This document shows, piece by piece, positions 12,601 through 25,934 of a stretch of 64,000 bases of DNA (within the stretch, counting starts at the first letter, position 1; each line of letters begins with the position of its first letter). Origin of the DNA: Chlorokybus atmophyticus (taxonomy: Eukaryota; Plantae; Mesostigma and Chlorokybus algae); the NCBI GenBank assembly GCA_009103225.1, contig RHPI01000026.1, positions 1 through 64,000 of the forward strand, read 5' to 3'. The translations under genes were made by a program, and so were the position numbers. The notes below the pieces were generated by a model. The model saw only the letters and a list, made by a program, of their open reading frames with translations. It was not told where the DNA came from and ran no database searches.

Positions 12601-14881
12601 TACCGGAAAAGCCTTTTCTCTCGTCTGTGGTACAAGCCGGATACTCGCTTCAGCACTCCCAAGGCGTATGTTTACATCGACTTCACATGTCCTGAGGCGT
12701 ACATTTCGCCCGCAAATGCTGTCTTGACCAGATTTTTTGCAAAGTTGACAATGGACTACCTCAATGAGGTTGCTTATCTTGCAGAGATTGCAGGGCTAGC
12801 GTACAACGTACAGACAACAATTGGTGGCTTTCAGGTACTGATTTGTTGGAAGCTAACAAGTCTTGGTTTTTCTGTAAGGTCCTGCATGTGACTGATCATT
12901 GAGAATATATGTATTGATCGTGTCTGCAATGATCAGTAGCAGTCTGTTTGTTTGTGTGTTTGTCGGTTGACTTCCAACCACGACCTTTGGCGTAGGTCAT
13001 CGTGTGGGGTTACAACGACAAGCTCGGCAAGTTGACACAAACCATACTGGACCACATTGCCAATTTTGACGTGCGCGAGGACCGCTTTGCCGTGATAAAG
13101 GTACTGATTTCATGTCCGCACTTCGCTGCATACTGTTGGCTCATCACGGTCTGCAGGAGAAAAGCATCAAAGACTTTGGCAATTTCAAGTATGATCAGCC
13201 ATACCAGCATGCGATCTATGAAGCTGCCAACGCGCTGGAGCAAAGGAGGTGGCATATTAAAGAGTATCAGCAGGTTGCACCCGCGCTGACTCCACAGCAC
13301 CTCCGCGATTTTGTGCCGAGGTTGCTGTCCCATGTGAACGCCGAGTGCTTCATCATCGGCAACCTCAGAGGAGAGGAAGCAACAGAACTCGTGAAGAGCA
13401 TTGACACCTTGCTAAAGGTATTTGTCGCTGTGTTGAGGTTATATCTGTATGCGTTGGCATGATAACCTCAACTGACAGAGTGGTGCCTAACAATATCCTG
13501 CTGACTTTACAGGACAAGATGGGTGCGCGACCACCCCATCCCGGTCAGTTACCTGAAAGGAGAATTGTCAAGCTGCCGGAAGGCGCAAATTACTGCCTGC
13601 AGGAGGCTGCTCCCAATGCCGAGGACTTGAACTCCGCTCTTGAACTGTATTTTCAGGTCCGGCTATCGCACGTACAAAATGACCACCACACAGTACGTTG
13701 GCTGCATACATGCTTACAATACAATCGCTCCAGGTTGGAAGGGACCAGCCAAGACTCAACGTACTCGCACAGCTCTTTGTTCAAGTGGCAAGGCAGGCCG
13801 CGTTTCACCAGCTGCGCTCGGTGGAGCAGCTGGGATACATTGTGTATCTGAACGGACGCGTTGATTACGGCATCAGAGGAGTGCACTTTGTGCTTCAGTC
13901 TACCGCTCACGATGCCGCTTACCTGGACCAGAGAGTAGAGAGTTTTCTTGTGACTTTCGGCCAGACGCTAGCTTCCATGACGGATGATGCATTCAAGGTA
14001 AGTCTCTGATTTTCACCATAGAAACTATATCACAGAAGCGGCATTACCTGCTTTGGCCATTATTGAACAAGCTTCTGTTCGTCAGGAGCATGTGGAAGCA
14101 CTCGCTGCCTCCAAGCTGGAGAAGTTCAAAAACCTTGGCGAGGAGGCGCAGCGGCACTGGGGCGAGATTGAAACGGGGACTTACATGTTTGACCGTGTTA
14201 ATATTGAGGTATGTCACCCGTGATCTGGCCGTCCAATCAGCGGATGTGTATGTATGACACCCATTACCCATATGCCTCTTTCGTTTTGTTACGGCAGTGG
14301 TGACATACTATCAACCACAACTCGAAGGTGCAATTCGCAGCCTTCAAGTTTGTTGTTTCTTCTTGGTGTTGTGCATCAACCGTGTGAGAATCTTGTCTGT
14401 CAAAAACAGGGTCCTTACAGCATGAACATGGTTGCCGTGTTTTGAACACTGCGGTCATGTTGCATCCAACCCAGCCGTTGCTGAAATAAGCAAATTTGCA
14501 ACTTTTTGCCACAATTGACTCATTTGGCTTCCATGTTGCTCACAGGTTGCTGAGCTTCGACAGCTGGCGCTTGGTGATCTCCTGCAGTTCTTCCAGAACT
14601 TCCTCTCCTCCTCGACGACAAAGCGGCGGCGCCTCACCTCACAGGTGTTCGGCAAGAACCACCGCAGCGCGCTGCATCCCAGTGTGCGAGAAAAACAGAC
14701 CCCTTCCCCCGCGCAAGAAGCGCAAGTGCTCGGGTTTGATGGCAAGGCGGAGCAGCTCACGCAAGAGTCCAGCATTGCTGTGACATTGGATGACGGCAGC
14801 CAGCTGATACTTGACGTCCAAGCTTTCAAGCGCAGTCAGGACTTGTATGGGTCGGTCAAGAGCTCCGCTTCTTTCAGGTGA
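9629..14881 (+). CDS. IDE: Insulin-degrading enzyme / insulysin (M16A zinc peptidase), multi-exon; possible upstream in-frame start at 9479
   Basis: SDKRGYRVATLPNRMQALLISD; spliced PGLAHFLEHMLF (HXXEH intact); HGGRSNAYTS..TNYHF; HPYHKFGTGNL; LWYKPDTRFSTPKA; FHQLRSVEQLGYIV; ends FKRSQDLYGSVKSSASFR*. Confidence 0.95.
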
Positions 14882-15448
14882 TTGTATCAGTGTCTGAGAT
14901 GGAAGGCTGAGTCGACTCTTTACAAACTTGTTGCGCGTAGTAACTGCAGAGCTCAACTGCGTTGCAGTTGGGCATTGGTAAACAGGCACGGCTAGGGAAG
15001 ATGGCAATAGAAACACAGGTTGTCTGCTTTGTTATGCATGTACGCGTACTCTGTGTTATCCTTCGGTAACTTAATTCAACACATTTACATGAGCAATTGC
15101 AGTGGCTGCAAGACTGGCTGCAAGGCTTCAGATCTAAGCAAGTCACTAGTGGCTGACAGCTTGTCCCTGGTGGGTGCACTCTAATGCAAACTAAGACAAT
15201 GTGCACCCTCCAAGGCACACGTAGATGGCTGCACTTCTCATTGTTGCGCCCGCTGATGTCACAACTATCCAGCATCAGCATCCTGGTCAAGTGCACGGTT
15301 GGTGTGCATTCATACAGCTGCAGTAGGTATGCATCTTCTACACTGAAAACGCACACCTCTCCACTGGCTCACGCCATCTACCTCACACCTCAGATCAACA
15401 CATCCACTCGCAACATCTATACCCAGCCACCTGCACCACCACCAACCC

Positions 15449-18400
15449 TTACCCCTTCTTCCTCTTCATCCGCTCAATGTTCTCGTACGCCCTCCCCGGC
15501 GCTATGCGAACAAAGTCCCCGAGGCGAGGCGGCATCTCACCATAGGCTCGCCGTTGGCACCCGCCCACGCACTCCACCAGGTTGGCAGGGAGATCCCCGC
15601 CGGTCTCTGCCTGGGTGAGCGCGCGGCGGAGGAGGGAGGCTAGGGCGGGGCGGTTGAAGGACGGGGGATCCAAAAGTTGAAGGGTGTCTGTGGGAAGGGT
15701 TAGTGTAGTGAGAGGTACGAGGCATCAGGATTGAGGGGCGTACATGTGCGCGCGTGCGCAAGATGTAGTTGGCATGGTGTGGATGAGCAAGACGTCTAGT
15801 ACAGTTGCTTTGGTATGCTCTCTGAGACTGACTCGTAGTGAAGTTGAGACGTGAGCCCTCAAGGCCCTCGCGCATCTGTCATGGCTGTTGTATCAACACG
15901 GGATGCGCTTTTGCGCTTTCACGCCGGTAAATATAGCAAGTGGTCTCTTGTCCCNNNNNNNNNNTGTCTGCTGTGTGCTCATAATGTGCGTCGAGCGTGC
16001 GGGTGAGAGCGACTGCTGTCCACTCTGTCAGGTGGGGCAACAATGTGTGGATAGCAAAGCCGGTAGGGCTGTCGCGGGGGCGCGGGATCGCCCTCGTTGC
16101 GGACGTCATGGGCGTGGAGTACGGCGCTCCCTATGTGGTTCAGCGCTACATTAGCAGGTAGCGACAAGCACGCACGCACACGCGCACACCACTCCTGTCA
16201 TGCGGCGTGGAGCGTGTCTAAGTTGTGTCTGTCTGGCATTGTCAGTCCTCTACTCGTGGAGGGTTACAAATTTGACCTGCGGCTGTACGTCGTCGTCACT
16301 TCCTTCAGCCCCCTGGAAGCATTCATATATAAAGAGGTGGGCATGCTCGCACACACTTACGCGCATGCACGTGTGCGTGAGAGAAGCAACAACATTGTGC
16401 ACATGCGGCTTGATCACAACCCTCGTTGTGTCTCAGGGCTTCGCGCGATTCAGCACTGTGCCTTACACGCTGGACGACCTCAGCAACCTGTACATACACC
16501 TAACTAACTCCGCCGTGCAGAACGAGCGCTTAGCCTCAGACCCAACAGCAAAACTCCCCCCTTTCCTCCCCCAACAACAACAACACCAACTCCACGTCCC
16601 CACCACCGACACAACATCTCCCCCCTCATACGACTCACTCTACGGCGGGAGCAAGTGCTGCCTCAAGCACGTGTTCACCCTGTTGGAAGAGTCGCATCAC
16701 CCAATAACAATCGACACAACAACTCTGTGGGAGCGAATCGTGTCGGATGTCGTGCTCAAGTCCCTCTTCGCGGCGCAGGAGGCCAGTCCCAACATCATAC
16801 CAAATCAACCAAACAGTTTCGAGCTGTTTGGGTATGATGTATTGATCGACTCGGATGCAAGGCCGTGGCTGATTGAAGTGAACTCGTCGCCGTCGTTGGC
16901 GGGAGACACGCCGCTCGACATCGCGCTCAAGACACAACTCATGGCAGGTGCGGGTGCATGTGCATGCATGTGTGCGTGCGTGCGTGCGTGCGTGCGCGTG
17001 CGCGTGCACGTGCGTGTGCGGGGTGTGCACCTGTGGGCATGCACGTGCAGGCGGGTGTGCGTGCAGGCGGGTGTGCACGTGTGTGCGTGCGCTCCTGCAT
17101 ATGGAATGGCGTGTATGAGCAATTGTGCTTGTAGGTTGTGTGTGCTGACAGCATGCATGCGCACGTACGCTGACTATATCTGTGATACTGATATAGTCAG
17201 CGTACGTGCGCATGCATGCTGTCAGCACACACAACCTACAAGCACAATTGCTCATACACGCCATTCCATATGCAGGAGCGCACGCACACACGTGCACACC
17301 CGCCTGCACGCACACCCGCCTGCACGTGCATGCCCACAGGTGCACACCCCGCACACGCACGTGCACGCGCACGCGCACGCACGCACGCACGCACGCACAC
17401 ATGCATGCACATGCACCCGCACCTGCCATGAGTTGTGTCTTGAGCGCGATGTCGAGCGGCGTGTCTCCCGCCAACGACGGCGACGAGTTCACTTCAATCA
17501 GCCACGGCCTTGCATCCGAGTCGATCAATACATCATACCCAAACAGCTCGAAACTGTTTGGTTGATTTGGTATGATGTTGGGACTGGCCTCCTGCGCCGC
17601 GAAGAGGGACTTGAGCACGACATCCGACACGATTCGCTCCCACAGAGTTGTTGTGTCGATTGTTATTGGGTGATGCGACTCTTCCAACAGGGTGAACACG
17701 TGCTTGAGGCAGCACTTGCTCCCGCCGTAGAGTGAGTCGTATGAGGGGGGAGATGTTGTGTCGGTGGTGGGGACGTGGAGTTGGTGTTGTTGTTGTTGGG
17801 GGAGGAAAGGGGGGAGTTTTGCTGTTGGGTCTGAGGCTAAGCGCTCGTTCTGCACGGCGGAGTTAGTTAGGTGTATGTACAGGTTGCTGAGGTCGTCCAG
17901 CGTGTAAGGCACAGTGCTGAATCGCGCGAAGCCCTGAGACACAACGAGGGTTGTGATCAAGCCGCATGTGCACAATGTTGTTGCTTCTCTCACGCACACG
18001 TGCATGCGCGTAAGTGTGTGCGAGCATGCCCACCTCTTTATATATGAATGCTTCCAGGGGGCTGAAGGAAGTGACGACGACGTACAGCCGCAGGTCAAAT
18101 TTGTAACCCTCCACGAGTAGAGGACTGACAATGCCAGACAGACACAACTTAGACACGCTCCACGCCGCATGACAGGAGTGGTGTGCGCGTGTGCGTGCGT
18201 GCTTGTCGCTACCTGCTAATGTAGCGCTGAACCACATAGGGAGCGCCGTACTCCACGCCCATGACGTCCGCAACGAGGGCGATCCCGCGCCCCCGCGACA
18301 GCCCTACCGGCTTTGCTATCCACACATTGTTGCCCCACCTGACAGAGTGGACAGCAGTCGCTCTCACCCGCACGCTCGACGCACATTATGAGCACACAGC

Positions 18401-21400
18401 AGACAGATACAGGCGCTTGCGAGCGCACACACTTGCGCACATGCACACACACACACACACACGCCGCTCGCATGTACACATCCCAACATCACGTGTACAA
18501 CCGCATCCCACCGCACCTGTCTCGTCCGTCCTGTCCCGCGCAATCCCCCGCTGTCATTTGCATGTTGACGTACTCGGTGGCGGTCCCGTCGAACGCCGCG
18601 GCGAAGGCGACCCACTCGAGAGGGAGTCGGAACGTGGGCGGGGACACGTTGTCGAAGGGGCGGGTGAGGGGACGGAGGAGGGAACAGGACGCGAGACGCT
18701 GCTTCAGCTGGGCCTGTTGACACGAGGTGACGCAATGAGGGCGTGTGTATGATGTGTCAGGGTGGTGCGCACACAGGTAGACACACACACAATTGCTGAC
18801 ACACGCATACAGACGCTCGCACACACGTGCACAAATATCCACACTCACGCTCACCCACCTGCACGCACCCACATGCACGTACGTGCGCACGCACACACCA
18901 CTGGTTCTCACCTTGCTGGTGAGGGACTTTGCGCCCGGGTAGTGGTTGACCCTCTGCCAGGAGAGCAACTCCGCATAGGTTACCTTCGGTCTCTAAACCA
19001 CACGCACATCCCAAAAACATCACCGTCACACCCTCCACAACACTCCCAAGCACCAACACACTTCACCACAGCAAACTGATGACACAAGTCACACATACCG
19101 CAGCCCAAGACCAGAGCAGATTCCAAGCACGCATCATTTTCACCCCACTCCTCATCTCATCCTTGTTGTTGGATGACTCCTTCTCCTTCTTCTCCTCTTC
19201 CTCACTACTATTCTCTTCTTCCACCACCACAAGCCATCCGATCCGTCCGCACGCCCGCGCCATCACGGCCGCGACCTCGGGGTGTCCTGCGTTGGCGGAC
19301 ACGAGGACGACGCGCTGGGAGGGGGGGAGCGAGGGGGGCCAGGAGGACAGCTCAAGGCAGAGGGCCTGGGGGAGGGACAGTGTGGGTGCATGTGTGTGTG
19401 TGTGTGTGTGTGACAGCCTGTTGTGCTTACTCTGCACACGGCGAGGAGGGACTGTGTGTCTTGGTGCTGTGTTGGATGACTCTGTGTGTTGCCGCTGCTG
19501 CTGCATTTGGCGCGGTGCTGTTGGCGAGCACTTAAGCCCGGAAAGAACGTCTCCAACATCCGGAAAATACCTGCCGTTGTGTGTGAGTGCGTGTAGGTGC
19601 GTGTGTTTGTGGTTGTTGTGCAAGCCGTTTCATCATGTGAATACAATTTACACGCTATTGCACACTCTCACAACGCCCACTTGCCTGTGTTAAGTCCACC
19701 ACCAAGCACGCCCATCCCCCGTCTGCGTGCCCGTGCGGTGTGTGCACTGTTGGCCATCACCGTCGACACACTCGACGCACACTCTCCAGACCCAACACGC
19801 TCCATCCGCGCACTCTCCTCCTCTTGACTACCCGGTCCTGCGTCCTCCCCGCACTCCGGTCGGTCCTGGGATAAGTTGGACAACACCGGCCCTGAATAGG
19901 ACCTCTTCTCCACAAGAGTGAGAGTGGAGTCCCGGGATCGGGTCGCGGGAGAGTCGGGGAGGGAACGTTCATGGTTTCTCACAGTGTTGGGTTCATCATC
20001 GTGGTCATGGTCGTGGTTGACTTCGGCTTCGTGCTGGTGGACGATGTGTGTGACAAGAGCGTGAGCAGGTGTGTCATCCCCCCCGAGGTAGTTATCGGCC
20101 TGGTCCTGGAACCCGCCCTTTCCAGGTGCGAGTTCCCCGGCTGTCTCAGCGCAGGCCTCTTCTTCCCCTCTACCTAATGCTACTTCTCCAAGTAGTCCTT
20201 CTTGTATTTGTCCTCCTGGTCCTCCCTCTAGACCTCCTTCTGATACTCCTACTCCTCCTGCCCCTTCTGGTTCTTCTCCTTCTCCTTCTCCTTCTCCTAC
20301 TTCTTCTACTCCATCTTCTCCTTGCTGGCACTGTTCTACACCTGTATCCTCCTCTTCATCTTCACTTGAAGAAGTAGTGACAGACGCTGATGATGCCGAT
20401 GGTGATGTGGACAAGGCAGGTGTGGGAGTAGACGTGAGAGGGTAAACACTTGCGTGTGGTTGTGTTGCGTGCTCTTGTGTTGTGGTTGTGCAACAATTGT
20501 CGTCTGCGTGATCGGCGTCATTGTCATGGAGAACAACGGTTTTATTGTTGGGATGCGCGCGTGTGTCCTTGTGGGTGAGAGGTGCAAATGGATCGATCTG
20601 CGATGATAACAGTCCGTTTGAACCCGTATCCTTCTTCATGTTGGAGTAGCGCGACAGGTGCCACTTGTGACGGGTACAATCCTGCCGCAAAAGAAGGGCA
20701 GTTCTGTGCGTTGCACTCGCACACACGCACACGCACACGCACACGGACACGGACACGGACACGGACACGCGCATGTGCTCATGCACACATAGGCGCACTC
20801 AAATGCTCGTGCGTATCCAGCCACACGCGAACACGTGCGCGTGTGCGTACTGACATGCACGCAAACCTGCACACATGCGCACACAGGCACGCGCTCACTC
20901 GCTCAGTGTCACTCGTGCACGCGCACGAACAGGCGCGCACGCATGCGCGCACACACATACACGCACGCACACGCACACGCACACGCACACTCGCACTCGC
21001 ACGCACTCACGCACGTGCATGCACATCTGCGCACTTGCCAACACACCCACATACGCACAAGCGCGCACATAGCCCATGCACGTTCTCACTCACGCACGTG
21101 CAAGCACACATACATATACATAAAGGCACGCGCACGCGCACACGCACACCTGCGCGCATGTCTCCAATGCCCCGCTACGCCGCGCCTCGGCATTCCTCCT
21201 CAGCTCCTCAGCCCTCTTGCCGTGCTGCTGCTGCTGCTGCTGCTGCTGTTGTTGTGGTTGTTGTTGTCGTGCCACCACGGGAGGAGGCGCGTACCGCGGC
21301 GGCGCGTCCACAACGTACGCTGCCGCAGATGCGTGTGGAAACTGTGACTTCTTCTGATTCTGAATCAGAGTTTGAGCCTGAACCTGAGGCTGAGCCTGGG

Positions 21401-21973
21401 CGTGAGACCACAAATCCTCCTCCTCCTCCTCCTCCTCATCGGTGTCCTCGTCGTCATTGTGCGTGTCAACAGTGGTGTCTGCAGTGGTTGTGTCTATCTG
21501 AGCGCAGAGTGTCCCGGCCTGCCGGCGCTCGGAGAGCTCTTGGGAGATCAGGTGAAGGAGCTTCACGCTGCACAACAACAACAACAACAAAAGTAGCATC
21601 ACAATCACCGTGCGTGCATGCATGCAGTCAGGCTTGCTTCTTGAGGCAACCGTTAGAGTGCGAATTGCGTTGAATTCCAACAGATGATGGCTTGTCGCAC
21701 ACATTATCGACTATGATGATGCAGCTACCACCGGCGACTGAACAATGCAGTGGCTAGCACTCTGCGTAAACCAGGTGGAGTACCCATCTCACTCACAGCT
21801 CAACACCACTCTCAACAACTGTAACCACTCAGAGTCACAAGGGCGTTAGAGGGCGTAAGGCTGCTGTACCTGCGCTCGTCCAGGCCGGCCGCTGACTCCG
21901 CCTCCTCCGCCAGCCTGGCCTCCTCCTCCGCCAGCTCTTCCTCCGTGGCGTCATACACGTCCCACGGCTCCAT
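15449..21973 (-). CDS. TTLL: Tubulin-tyrosine-ligase-like (TTLL) polyglutamylase with a long low-complexity N-terminus, multi-exon
   Basis: [107 protein letters not shown]. The exon ending at 17423 splices in phase to 15687 (LMADTLQLLDPPSFNR). ATG at 21973 (MEPWDVYDATEEE). Confidence 0.9.
15955..15964. other. 10-N assembly gap abutting the left arm of the fold-back
   Basis: Run of n characters in the sequence. Confidence 0.99.
15965..18405. repeat. Apparently perfect inverted repeat: arms 15965-17180 and 17190-18405, 9-nt loop TGTGATACT
   Basis: The mirror ORFs 16200..17735(+) and 16635..18170(-) translate identically except across the loop. Coordinates of mirrored features sum to 34370. 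Confidence 0.97.
19571..19684 (-). other. GC-AG intron in the TTLL gene
   Basis: Donor ACAG|GCAAGT and acceptor GGCAG|GTATTT give in-frame GLNT-G-IFRMLE. Confidence 0.55.
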
Positions 21974-21989
21974 CCTCTCTCTCCCTCAG

Positions 21990-22450
21990 GCCCGGCCTGG
22001 CCTGGTCCGGCCTGGCGTGGCCTGGTGTAGTGTTTCAAACAGACTCTGATGATCAGGCCTCGATCTGGATCGCTTCGGATCGGGATGGAGCAGTGAATCA
22101 ATCCAGTTCCAAGACGTAGGTCACGTGAGGGTGAAAGGCGTTTTCCATTGAAGTGAAGTGTTATGCGCTTTTAGATCTGAAGCTGAGACTGATAGCCGTG
22201 GCCTTGGAATAGACCCAGGCCAAGAGCAGGCCGGACCAGTACCAGGCCAGACCAGGCCAGAACCAGGCCAGGCCAGGCCAGAGCCGGCGGCGCTGAACAG
22301 CGGAGGCGGAGGAGAGGCTAGTCTATCCTGCTGCTAGAGCGCAAGGCGGTCATGGCGGTCTGGTCCCGACTGGCGGCCGCCGCCGCCGCCGCCGCCTGCG
22401 TGTGGGCGGCCGGCTCTTAGCCTGGTCGGGTCTGGCCTGGTCTGGCGGCA
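21990..22450. promoter_or_regulatory. Putative bidirectional promoter (TTLL / ODF3-like) with CCAGG/CCTGG pentamer clusters
   Basis: About 540 bp between divergent ATGs (21973 and 22511). Clusters GGCCTGGCCTGG near 22000, CCAGGCCAGGCCAGG at 22216-22281 and CCTGG..CTGGCCTGG at 22420-22446. Confidence 0.45.
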
Positions 22451-22510
22451 GTAGTAGACTGAAGCCTGTGTAACCCTGAGCTTGGAGCAGAAGGAGCTTA
22501 CCATCCAACC

Positions 22511-24800
22511 ATGGCGGATCTTAGCGAGTCAATGGATCTGGAACCCTCCGCCAGCCACATGGACGACCATCTCAACAACAACAACAACATCCATAACCAT
22601 GATCAAAATCCACTGTTTGAGGACATATCCTCTACCGACATCAGCCACACCGACGACGACACAACAACAAACAACAACAGCACCACCAACATTGCCGATG
22701 TGATGAGAGCCCAGCAGCCCAACACGCCGAAGAAGCAGCCGCCGCCGCACACGCCATCGACAGCGCACCAACACTCTGCACGCAGCCATCACAGCAACAA
22801 TAACCACAACAGTCACAGCAATCACAACCAGTCCAGAGGGCAGAGCAGAGTGGAGCACCATGTCGACCTCACAAGCAGCTTTGGAGAACAAGTAAGCGTG
22901 ATGTAATGGTGATGATGACGGTGTTATCTGATATTGGTGTCTGCGCGTATGTGTGCGCGTGCACGTGTCTGTGTACGTCTATGCATGCGCGTGTACATGC
23001 GCGTGTATCTGTGCAGTTGATGGTTCTTTTATTTGTATGTCCTTGTGTGCATATCTACGTGTGTATATCTCTAAGTGCATATGTGTGCACGCACACCGAT
23101 CCACCCACGCCCACCCACCCACCCACATGTGTCCGCTTGCGTGTGTGTGTGTGTGTGTGTGTGTGCAGATGTCATCCAGGCGGTCGAACTCGCCGGCACA
23201 CAGGTTCCCACTACAAAGCCGAGCACCGCCACCCGCGGCGAGTCCAACCAGGAGCGAGTCACCAGGTGAGTTCACTCACACTCATCCGCATGTTGATCAT
23301 GAAGGTTGTGTGTGAGTGTGTGACAAGTGTGTCTGACAACAACACGCGCAGGGCCGATGTACAACATGTCGTCGTCATTGGGACGCCAGACCCTCTCGCG
23401 CCACAACAGCAGCCCCGTGCACACCTTTGGCGCGCGCACGATGGACATACTCCTCAGCGACATCGACAACCGACCAGGTAGGGAGCTACGCAACGAACAC
23501 AATCCATGCCGCGCACACAGACATTTGCTTGCAAACACACGCAAACGCACAGGGGTACACCCTCACATGCACGCGCACATGCACAGTTGCATTCGAGCGC
23601 ACACACACGCATGCAGCCGTGTGCGTGAGCGCCCGCGCCCACGCACGCGCCTCTACTCAAACACACTCCCCAAACACACACTTACACACAAGGGTATATC
23701 TCGGAAGTGATTCATTCACAACTCTTCACACTTTCTCTCAGGTCCCGGTTCCTACCGCCCCTTCTCCTCTATGGGTCTCCACCCCTCCCCCTCTCCTTCC
23801 CTCTCCCGTCCCCCTTCCTACTCCATCCCCCTCTCCACCCGCTTCTCCTCGGCCCTCACGCCCTTCCCCTCCGACTTCGCCACGCCCGGTCCGGACTCCC
23901 CCGCACGACTGGCAAGGGGGTACTTGGGAGACGCGGCCAAGTACTCGTTCGGGGCGGGGGGGAGGAGCGTGCCGGGGGAAGGGGTGAAGGGGGCGAGACC
24001 GAGCTACTTGGATGGACCGGGTGAGTGGGTGGGTGGGTGGGTGGGTGGGGGATTGTGTGTAAAATAGATAGTATGCTAGGTTGGTAGCGTGCATGGTGTC
24101 GAGCACATGCGATGTCATGCACAGCACCCCCAGCACACAGCACATGCCCAGTCTTACGCCAACACTTGCTCACCACCGGGCTGGTCTTAACGCTACCTAA
24201 CACGCCAACCTCCTACCCGTGTGCGCGTGTTGCAAGTGAAGTGGTGCTGATGGTATGTGTACATGGTCTTGTCTATGCAGGTCCTGGTGAGTACCGGCCT
24301 CCGAGTTCGTTCGGGCAGCAGTGTATGGCGCGGCGGCAGAACGCCACGAAGGTCACCTTTGGCACAGCCAATCGCGACAGCACTCTCAAGGTGCTGCGTG
24401 TGTGCGCGCGCAGGCGTGCACACACATTGTGTCTAGAAGATGCGATGGGGTTTTGTGTGTATATAGAAGCCTTGCAGGCGCCGTGTGCTACGTGAGCAGC
24501 CTGCAGTATGTACGAATGCATGAATGTACACCCATGCATACATAGTGATGATTGAAAGAACTTGCACTGCCTGAATATGTGCGTTAGCGCACACAAACGT
24601 ACTCGTATGAAACACATGCGCATGCATGCGCGCACACGAGCGCGTGCGTGCGCGCACACACACATCTCATGTGACCATCAACAGGTCTTCCTATCGCACG
24701 CGCACGAGCGAGCCCTCGTCGGTCGCGAGTCCCCCGGCCCCCTTCATTACCTGGCCGCAAGGGGCTCAGAAGCCTTTGGCGGCCAACTCCAATCCAAAAG

Positions 24801-24832
<32 letters not shown>

Positions 24833-24843
24833 CAACACACAAC

Positions 24844-24874
<31 letters not shown>

Positions 24875-25060
24875 CCACACAGGAAGACAGCTCCCTCGTA
24901 TGGTTTCGGTACAGGCGGCCGCTTCTCCGAGACCAAGACTGTGCACGTGGCAGGAGGGGACAGGAGTGACAGCAAGGGCGAGAGGGTGTCGGTGTCGAGA
25001 GGGTGGGGAGAGACGCCCATACCGCCACTCACGCCGGGGCCGGGGACGTACCGCGCGTGA
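22511..25060 (+). CDS. ODF3/SHIPPO-1-like (sperm-tail PG-rich repeat) axonemal protein, multi-exon
   Basis: Spliced repeats SPGPMYNMSSSLGRQ, PGPGSYRPSSSMG, PGPGEYRPPSSFGQQ, SPGPLHY, APSYGFGTGGRF and TPGPGTYRA*. Several introns interrupt the PG codons in phase 1. Confidence 0.8.
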
Positions 25061-25934
25061 TGTTGGCGTGTGTGTGGTGCTGATGGGTGGGTGGGTGGGG
25101 GGGAGGATGGGGGCTTGTGGTGTTGGGTTTGTCGCGAGTATGTACTGATCTGTTGTACTGTCTGTTGGTGGTGGTCTCCGTCTCCGGGTGGTTGTTGGGT
25201 TGCTGAGTAATGGGGTATATTCTCTCGCTCTTTTGACTCGGTTGGTTGGTCAGGACAGTGGATGGTGGTATGGAAAATGCACTACTGCCATTGTCGCGCG
25301 CGCACAGACACCATGCATCGAGATTGGCCTGTTGCAGATGAAAAGGCGTATGAAATTGTTGAGATAGAACTCAGCACAACAATAGTCTAACGATTCAACA
25401 TGTGCACGACATAGGACGCACGTCATCTCCGCTGCATGCTACTACTCAGATGACTATGAATAGTAAGTCCAGCAATACTCGTGCGTTTTCAAGAGTTGCA
25501 TAGCAACAAAAGTTATTCCATGACTGACCCAGTCGCTCGGGCATGATAAGTGTGGTGCTTGCCACACGCCACATGTTGAGTTTTACGCCCTACGATACTG
25601 TACGCAAATTGACCATGGCTTGTTTTGAGGTCAGCAGGGCAATGCGGCTGAGCTACGGAATATCACGAAAGGCGTGTGCGAGTCCTCTATGCGTGTCGCG
25701 TTGTAACCAAAAGAATGACACATTGTGCAAAATGTTTGAACACACCAACGCACAGAAACCGCAATTAAATTCGACATGCAACGAGGTTAGCACACGGTCC
25801 GCAAGGCATACAGCAACTGCTGCACGCAACCCCTTCCACACACACCCCGCTCTGCACTGGCCATGCGCGCTTATCTCTATGGTAGCAACGAAACCCACAC
25901 ATGGTTTCTGTTGCACCTTCTTCACCCGCTTATC

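Noticed and set aside
17170-17200. Sequencing adapter at the palindrome centre
   Set aside because: The loop TGTGATACT does not match the SMRTbell or Nextera adapter sequences I know. This does not exclude an amplification fold-back.
16200-18170. Two 511-aa ORFs as real genes
   Set aside because: They are read-throughs of TTLL exons, CA/TG introns and the fold-back centre; the mirror identity comes from the palindrome.
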